NCBI GenBank assembly: GCA_964510755.1
Contig: CAZECU010000001.1
Location: 1 to 35,003, forward strand
Source: an uncultured Candidatus Peribacteria bacterium
GTDB taxonomy: Bacteria > Patescibacteriota > Gracilibacteria > Absconditabacterales > Absconditicoccaceae
Reading direction: 5' to 3'
Length of the DNA stretch: 35,003 nucleotides
The notes below the pieces were generated by a model. It was not told where the DNA came from. It worked only from the letters and a program-made list of their open reading frames with translations, and searched no databases. Below are positions 28,201 to 35,003 of this stretch, in pieces; position 1 is the first letter of the stretch; each line of letters starts with the position of its first letter. Made by a program: the position numbers and the translations under genes.

Positions 28201-28930
28201 GAAATCAGAATACATAATATATGAGAGAAATAGTGAGCAATACAACTCCCACTCGTTTTCGTCGATTAGCTTTTAATTTGGCTCTGGTAAATTCTCCTGC
28301 CACATCAGCGATAATATTTTTGTAGGGAAGCATAGCTGGCTTCATATACCATATCATATATCCCATACCTGCAAAAAGAATTCGCATCACTGCGCCTCGA
28401 AGAAGATGTATCATAGAAAAAATATACAACACGAGCAAAAATATTCACAGACCTATTCCAAAATTGATCAACATTTCTTGTCGTCTTGTTTCTTTGAAAT
28501 GAATATATTTGTTGGATATCCAAGTACCAAAAGCCGTCAGTCCTCGTATGATATATATGCTCAGAAAATAGAGCAATAAGGTATTTACCATAAGGATAAT
28601 AAATCCTGCTGATCCTCCTATAATACCCTCTTTGACCATTGCAAATGCCGCCGCAAAGAGCATCAATGCTCCTGGCAAAACATATAAGAAAAACTTTTTG
28701 ACAGAAAATACTTTTGATCTGATTATGTACATGATAGGTATAACCGCAGCTATAATCGCTCGAATACATAGCTTCCAATTGGGCCAACTTGCTAACATTG
28801 TCTGATAGTAGGTGTGATTTGCCATAAATTCACTGTATATTGATATACCAAAGATACTAAGCAATAGTATACCAATGATCAAAAAGATTTTTTGTTTCAT
28901 GCACCTAAGAGTAAAAGAGTAAAAAGTCAT
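25286..28930 (-). CDS. Very large polytopic membrane protein (1214 aa), unknown family; GT-C-type glycosyltransferase is only a weak guess
   Basis: ORFs 25472-26431, 26975-27295, 27656-28198, 28205-28438 and 28445-28930 all share one frame. I translated the gaps 26432-26974 and 27296-27655 and the tail 25286-25471 and found only TGA, no TAA/TAG. Many TM helices plus large non-hydrophobic domains. Confidence 0.8.
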
Positions 28931-28946
28931 ACCTAGCTGTAGTTAT

Positions 28947-30746
28947 TTATTGTTGTTTAGGATCATAGAAAAGATGGAGAAGAATTTGTGTCAATTTTAC
29001 ATTGAGCAATAACGTAAGTAGCATCGTTACAATAAGCATAGATCCAAATCATTTGAACATATTTGTCCCCATAGAAAACATAACAAATGCTATGATTCCT
29101 GTACTAATCTGTCCATCTCTGATAGCAGGCCAACTTCTATGTTGTGCTTCATCGATTGCTCCTGAGATACTTTTGCCTTGCTTGAGTTCTTCACGAAGCC
29201 TCTCAAAAATCAAAATATTTGCATCTACTCACATTCCGATAGCGAGAATAATAACCGCTATTCCACTCAGAGAAAGTGCATAATCTGTCAGTTTCATAAA
29301 CGCTCCCAATACCATCAAAAATGCAATCAATACCATACTCGCAACTATAGTTTTTTTGATACCATACATGGCATATAAGAGGATCATAATAGCTACAAAT
29401 CACGCCAATCATGCTCGCAAAGCTCCGCTCAATGCATTGACTCATAATGTAGGACTAATCTTTTCTTCTTGAGTAAGAATCAATGGCGCAGGCAATGTCC
29501 CTTCGTTGAGTGCATTTGCCAACTCTTTGGCTGACTCTTGGGTAAATGAACCATTGATTTCTGCTGTTCCTCCACATATTTTGCTTTGGATATTTGGTGC
29601 AGTAAGCAAGTTGCCTCCTACAAAAATAGCCATAGGTTTGTTGATATTGTTTTGGGTAATAGTACAAAATATTTCTTTACCCGTATCATCCAAATTGATT
29701 GCCACTACAGGTTCTCCCATCTCTGATGTAGAGGTGTTGGCATATTTGAAGTATGCACCATTGAGTATCTTTTGTCCGTCGGTTGCAGGGACTCGAGTCT
29801 CTCTATCTTGGACAAATACATCTTCAAAAGCATACATAGTGACCATGTTGCCTGATGCATCTTTGGCCTGTTGTCTCGCCACTACACGAAACATGGTATG
29901 TCACTTGAGTGCTGTACCTGTTCATTTTTGTAATGATGTTGCTTCGCTGTAGATAGTAGTATATGTCCCTTCTATCAAACCATAAATTTTGCCTATCTCT
30001 GCGTTGTCCAACAATTTTGGATTTTGTTTGTACATATCTGGCAATTGATCTAATGTATTGCCGGTATATATACTATGATAAATATTTTCTGACATCCTGC
30101 CCTCGAGCGTCTTTGCTATATTGGTAGGATCTTTTTGGATTTGTGCCAATACCTGCGTCGCAAGATTTTTTCTGGCTGCAATCGTTGCTGCTGTCGGTTT
30201 TTGAGGATTTTGCAATTTGAATTCCAGTTCCAATGTCTTTCCTATCAGTTCTTTGGCTTGATCTAGATCTGCAATTCCTCAAATCTCTACTACGATATAG
30301 TGTTCGTCGTTCATATTTTGTACGTATGATTTGTAATCACTCACTCACAACTTGGAGATTCTACTATCGATATTTTTCATAATGATGGTTTCGATGGTTT
30401 TTTTGAGTGCCTCAAATTGTGTTTTTTCGGTATAGAGTTTTTCGTATTTGTCATAGGAAATTTTGTAGACAAGTTTGGTACCTCATGATACATCCAATCC
30501 TTTTCTAAAATATTGTAGTCCCTGTACAGACACCATACCTTCTCTTTGAAGCGTTTGGCTGTTGAATGGTCTTCCTACAAAAAACACAATAATAAGCGAA
30601 ATAGCAAAAATTCACGCAAAGATTCTCTTGAGTAAGGTGGTAAATCTCTTTTCGCCTACTTCTTTTTTTCCTATGAGTAAGACTACCATAAGTCCCAACC
30701 ATAATCCAAAAAAGAGAACTTGTCGGATTGCAAAACTGATTTTCAT
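28947..30746 (-). CDS. secD: Protein-export membrane protein SecD (599 aa)
   Basis: ORFs 29442-29894 and 29922-30233 plus pieces share one frame from ATG 30746 to TAA 28947. Motifs: GLDVSGGTKL, SRISKLGVSD, IVVEIGGI, the periplasmic domain ..AIFVGGNLLTAPNI..GTLPAPL, and LSLSGIAVIILAIGMGVDANILIFERLREE. About 10 TGA-Gly codons. Confidence 0.9.
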
Positions 30747-30894
30747 TTGTAACAATAAAATAAATAAAATTCTTAAATAACAAAAAATTTTTAAACGCTA
30801 TTTTGTAGCTTTTTGGGGCGGTAATGCAAGAGAAAAATAAAGATATTTTGTACGTAAGACCTGGACAAATGGATAGACAACCTAGACAAAGTTG

Positions 30895-32190
30895 CTAGTC
30901 CTTTAGTAACATTACTTTATACTGTTTTTTGCCTTTTCTCAATACTACAGCATTGTTGATCAATGCATCTTTGGTAAGTATATGTTGGATATCTTCTATT
31001 TTTTGTTCGTTGCTATATAATGATCCGGTAGCAATCAGCTTTTTTGCTTCACCATTGGATTCGCACAATCCTGATTGGACAAATAAATCTATCAGTTTCC
31101 ACTCTGTCCCTGATAGTTGACCACCACCTGTCTCTTTTTGTAGAGCAAGAAGATCACTAGATGACATGGCTTGTATTGCCTGCAAAGTATCTCCCTGACC
31201 AAATAAAATATCGGAAATTTTGAGTGCTTGTTGTGCTGCATCTTTGCCATATACGGTACTTACCAAATAATTTGCCAACTGTTTTTGTCCGTATCTTTGC
31301 TCAGGAGCTTCTTGATGTTTTTGGGCAATTTCTTGGATACTATTAAAATCCAAGAGCGTAAATATCTTGAGATAAGGTGCTACGTTTTCATCTGCGGTAT
31401 TCATAAAATATTGGTATGTGAAATATGGACTCGTCTTGTTGGGATCAAGAAACAACGCATTTCATTCAGATTTTCCAAATTTTTTGCCAGACGCATCAGT
31501 AATCAAAGGGAAGGTCATCACGTAACTCTCTGCCTGATTTCCTATTTTTTTTCTAATCATCTCGGTCCCCGTCACCATATTTCCTCGTTGATCTGATCAC
31601 CCAATTTGGAGCTTGACGCCGTTGTTTTCGTACAACGTAAGAAAATCATTTCCTTGCAAGAGCATATAACTAAACTCGGTATAGGTGATTCCCATATCTG
31701 GATTTTCTATTCTTTTTTTGATGGATTCTTTGCTCAGCATATTGTTGACGGTGATATATTTTCCTGTCGTTCTAAGGAAATCAAATACATTCATGTTTTT
31801 GTAAAAATCATAGTTATTGACTACTTCAAAAGAAAAATCTACTCCGCTAATAGTTTTGAGATTTTGTAAAATATGTTGGACTTGGAGGGTAATCGCTTTT
31901 TCATTTTTTCTTAACGTCTCCTCATCTAGCATCACTCTATCACTTGTTTTGAAACTTGGATCTCCGATCATCCCTGTTGCTCAGCCAATTACCATGACGA
32001 AGGTATTGTTTCTTTTCATAAAATTGACCGCTGTCATGAAACTCACAAAGTTTCCCAATTGCAAAGAATCTGCTGTCGGATCAAATCCACAGTAAAATTT
32101 TTGGCCTCATTTTTCGTAGAGATCAAACAACTTCTCATCAGTAAACTGGTAGACCATACCGCGTTTTTCTAATTCTTCACGTAAATGCAT
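30895..32190 (-). CDS. tyrS: Tyrosine--tRNA ligase (431 aa) with C-terminal S4-like domain
   Basis: ORFs 30895-31455 and 31597-31971 plus the N-terminal piece are in one frame. Motifs: [16 protein letters not shown] (HIGH position), LQIGGSDQ (second G is TGA 31597-31599) and KFGKSEGNA (KMSKS). Confidence 0.93.
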
Positions 32191-32220
32191 CAGACAACAT
32201 AATATATAAATAAAATAGTA

Positions 32221-34092
32221 TTACATCCTCTCTACAAACTGCATACCAATCAAATCCATGGCTTGTTGGAGAGTATTTTTTATATGTCTTAGTAAAGCAA
32301 CTCTTGTGGTCTTTTGGATCATATCATCTACTAATATTTTGGTATGTGCATAATAACTATTGACGCTTTGAGCTATATCAAAACAATATTTAGCGATCAT
32401 ATGAGGAGCAAGGTCTGTTTGTGCTTTGGCAACTACCGACTCAAACATACTTATTTTTTTGATGAGTGCAAACTCTTCTTCGCTTTGCAATATTTCATAC
32501 GCAATATTTTGTTCTTGTAGTGTGCCTGCAGCATCTATAATACTTTGTATCCTTGCTCCTGTATACAAAATATATGCTCCTGTTTCGCCTTGCATATCCA
32601 TTACTTCATCGATATCAAAAACAATATCTTTGGTAATATCTCCTCTGATCAAAAAGAATCTCAATGCGGATACGGCAAGTGCTTCGGCAGTATGTTGTAA
32701 CCATATTTCTTCTTTATCAGGATTTCTTGTTTTGGTCTCTTCATATGCTTTGGCATGCAACATATCCAGCATTTCATCTATCGTGACTGTTCGTCATTTT
32801 CTACTAGCAAACGGCAATTTTTTTTGTGCTTGTTCTTCTGGAGTCAATGAATACTGGAGTCTGCTCAAAGTCGCTGGAGTCAAATAGACAATTCCATATC
32901 CTAGAGGTAAATATTTTTTGTCATGTGTACTATGCCCCAACAGGGTTAATGCTGCATGTACAATCTCTTGTGGTGGTATCTGTCTATAATCAATCACCGT
33001 AATAGCTTCATCATAATTGTTTTGATAATAATCAGTTCCCTGTGTTGTACTTGTATACACAGGAATTCCTCTTGGATCTTTCCATAATAAGGTATGTGCA
33101 AATTTTTTGTCTAGATATCATAATTTTCGCATTGCAAAGGCAATATCTTTGGCAATATAGGTAGCTACCCCATCTGATTTGATCAAAATTTGGTATTGTT
33201 TCTCTTCTTTTTGATAGAGCGATAAACTTGATAGATCTAATATCCAGCATCATTGGGCGTCTCCCTGCGTTGCATATGTTACATATCATTTGTCCTTGAG
33301 AATATGGATTGCTTCTTCAAACAAATCAAGATGTAAGATATCCGTTTCCCAGATTACCATATCAAAATATGCCCCCATCCTCCAACAACTTACCATTTGA
33401 TGATATGCACAATCTTGTGTATATTGTTTATGAAATGACATAATCTTGGCATCTTTATTTTCTTCGATCTTACGTAATATCTCGGACAACTGTTGTTTGA
33501 ATATCGTATCTTCCTCTAGTGCTCTCATTTTAGTATATACCTCCCCACAATAATGATCAAATTTTTTATCCGTATGAACAGGTATATTATGATAGAGATG
33601 CCCTACGATATTGTATCCTACATTGACTCCACTATCATCACCATAATCACAACTTGTTACTTCATATCCTCTATATGTATATATTCTTCTCATACTATCT
33701 CCTATACAAATATTTCTTGCCTGACCAATATGCAAGGGTTTATTGGGATTTGCGGACATATATTCTATCATCACTTTACCTGTTGCTTTGGGTAGGGATG
33801 ATCATAGAGTAAAGAGATCGTGAATATATTTGCCTTGGTGTATGTTGGCATTGAGATATCCTGCCATAGGAAAAAACGCAGAAAAATAGTCAGATACTAC
33901 TTTTGTTTGTAATTCTTGAGCTATGTGTTGTGGAGATTTTTGGAGTGTCTTTGCCAATTTAAAACATGGAAACGCAAAATCTCCCGGAATATTTTCTGGG
34001 GGTAGCTCTATCATCGCAGTGATTTCTTCCTCAGAGAGTGGAATATGTTTTGCGAGTGCTTGTGCAAAATATTGCTTATATATTTCAATCAT
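32221..34092 (-). CDS. argS: Arginine--tRNA ligase (623 aa)
   Basis: ORFs 32221-32772, 32794-33060, 33286-33774 and 33802-34110 share one frame. I translated the 33061-33285 gap and found only TGA. Motifs: SANPNKPLHIGQARN, IKSDGVATYIAKDIA, a DALR-type C-terminal domain, and a terminal ..VERM. ATG 34092. Confidence 0.93.
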
Positions 34093-34154
34093 GCGTGTAA
34101 AAAAAACCAAAAAAATTATGAGATGATTGTATTGAGTTCCTAGTTTTTATCAAG

Positions 34155-34248
34155 ATAAAATAAGACGCTAAAAATCCCAAAAAAGAGATTTTAACGTCGT
34201 TTTTATCCAGCGTAGCTGAATAAGAATTGTTTTGAAATTCTTATGTGA
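34155..34248. repeat. Structured ~93-nt repeat, family 2, copy 2
   Basis: Same element as 24505-24597, in the same plus-strand orientation. Its 9-bp hairpin reads ATAAGAATT / AATTCTTAT, a compensated G-C to A-T change relative to copy 1. Lies about 60 nt upstream of the argS start. Confidence 0.6.
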
Positions 34249-34322
34249 TAAAATATCTGTTGACTTTTTGTTTGTAATATATATAGTACCATTTCAAACA
34301 AAACAGAAAAAAAATAAACATT

Positions 34323-34820
34323 ATGAAAAAAAACATTATCTTTATGGTCTTCGTTCTTTTGGGACTACACCTTTGTGCTCAAGATACCATCTATACTGCT
34401 CCCAATGTGTGTATAGACAGCATCAAAACATCACCGCTCTATGCTGGTGTTAATACTCGCATCACTACAGAAAATTTTCCTTTGGTTGTTACGGATACAG
34501 GGAAATTAGTCATGAAAGTATTTCGTTTTGGGTGTCGGATGAAAAAAGACAACATCGTTAAAAAAATGAAAAAAGAGGGGTACCGACCAGCAACCATTAT
34601 AGAACTCTATGCGTATCACCAACGTAATAGTGATATCAAGTATTGCTGTCCTATGTTTGCATTGGGATCCTCCTATTGGGGTATATGGAATGCTTTCGAC
34701 TTTCCCTATATCGAATACAATGAAAATAACCAATATGAGTTTTCATTAATCCCCTATTCAGAAAATATCCGACGTCCCGGATTTCTGAAAGAGTGTTACT
34801 TCCTTGGAGTACAGGAATAA
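34323..34820 (+). CDS. Secreted hypothetical protein (165 aa) with signal peptide; no UGA codons
   Basis: Intact ORF with signal-peptide-like MKKNIIFMVFVLLGLHLCAQD. No family recognised. Followed by a terminator. Confidence 0.7.
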   Translation: MKKNIIFMVFVLLGLHLCAQDTIYTAPNVCIDSIKTSPLYAGVNTRITTENFPLVVTDTGKLVMKVFRFGCRMKKDNIVKKMKKEGYRPATIIELYAYHQRNSDIKYCCPMFALGSSYWGIWNAFDFPYIEYNENNQYEFSLIPYSENIRRPGFLKECYFLGVQE

Positions 34821-34834
34821 CCACACACAATAAT

Positions 34835-34866
34835 CCGCACGATGTATTATCGCTGCGGTTTTTTTA
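34835..34866 (+). terminator. Rho-independent terminator of gene 34323-34820
   Basis: CCGCACGAT..ATCGCTGCGG stem with one bulge, followed by T8. Confidence 0.65.
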
Positions 34867-34880
34867 TATACTTTGGCTAT

Positions 34881-34996
34881 CATTGCGAGCGGTTTCGCGA
34901 AGCAATCTATAGAATTACATATTTTTCAACTTCTGCTTGGGGCTTATCTCGCCCCAAACCCCGACCAATATTTTTGTCTTGATACAAAAAATATTG
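34881..34996. repeat. Cluster of three palindromic elements at the window edge
   Basis: CATTGCGAGCGGTTTCGCGAAGCAATC (34881-34907); TTGGGGC-TTATCTC-GCCCCAA (34937-34957, 7-bp GC-rich stem); CCAATATTTTTGT..ACAAAAAATATTGG (34965-34996). The first two are unusually GC-rich for this AT-rich sequence. Confidence 0.35.
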
Positions 34997-35003
34997 GATA
35001 AAA

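Noticed and set aside
28305-28787. Minus-strand ORF of 160 aa, and 33032-33289 of 85 aa
   Set aside because: They are out of frame relative to the continuous table-25 frames of the 1214-aa protein and argS respectively, and overlap them entirely.
34093-34260. T-box or other riboswitch leader upstream of argS
   Set aside because: I saw no T-box consensus or specifier-loop architecture. The same element also occurs at 24505-24597, where no synthetase gene follows it.
1-35003. Apparent genome-wide pseudogenisation, with every conserved gene broken into 2-8 ORF fragments
   Set aside because: All breaks are TGA codons within one frame and at conserved Gly positions, with no TAA/TAG. This is codon reassignment, not gene decay.
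1-35003. UGA = Trp (table 4, Mycoplasma-like) as an alternative reading
   Set aside because: The in-frame TGA codons I examined align with invariant Gly residues (P-loops, GGGxRG, Nudix G, GGSDQ, the RVxGY radical Gly), not with Trp.

Overview
AT-rich bacterial chromosomal window in which UGA is a sense codon for glycine (translation table 25, as in Gracilibacteria/Absconditabacteria-type CPR bacteria). The standard-code ORF track therefore splits almost every housekeeping gene into pieces. The pieces lie in one frame, and I saw no in-frame TAA/TAG in the gaps I translated by hand. The separating TGA codons fall on conserved Gly positions. Joined genes, minus strand: gpmI, comM, a membrane-anchored class-A-like serine hydrolase, two membrane protein genes, a patatin-like lipase, pduL, a P-loop kinase, efp, a 1214-aa polytopic membrane protein, secD, tyrS and argS. 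Joined genes, plus strand: a Cys-rich modular secreted protein, a KH-domain PilT-like ATPase, a divergent pyruvate-kinase-like gene, nrdD, a Nudix hydrolase, an IS200/RAYT-like Y1 transposase, nrdG and an SLT lytic transglycosylase. Points worth a second look: (1) a tandem array of divergent 2-TM protein genes, each inside a near-identical terminator-promoter cassette; (2) a set of accessory, secreted or membrane genes with no UGA-Gly codons, unlike the housekeeping genes; (3) nrdD split by an intergenic repeat, so the glycyl-radical domain is a separate 73-aa ORF whose radical Gly is a UGA codon; (4) two intergenic repeat families (5 and 2 copies) near the RAYT-like transposase; (5) a relic of a second patatin gene; (6) several enzymes with altered catalytic motifs. 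No tRNA, rRNA or CRISPR was recognised. All coordinates and counts were derived by eye and need recomputation.
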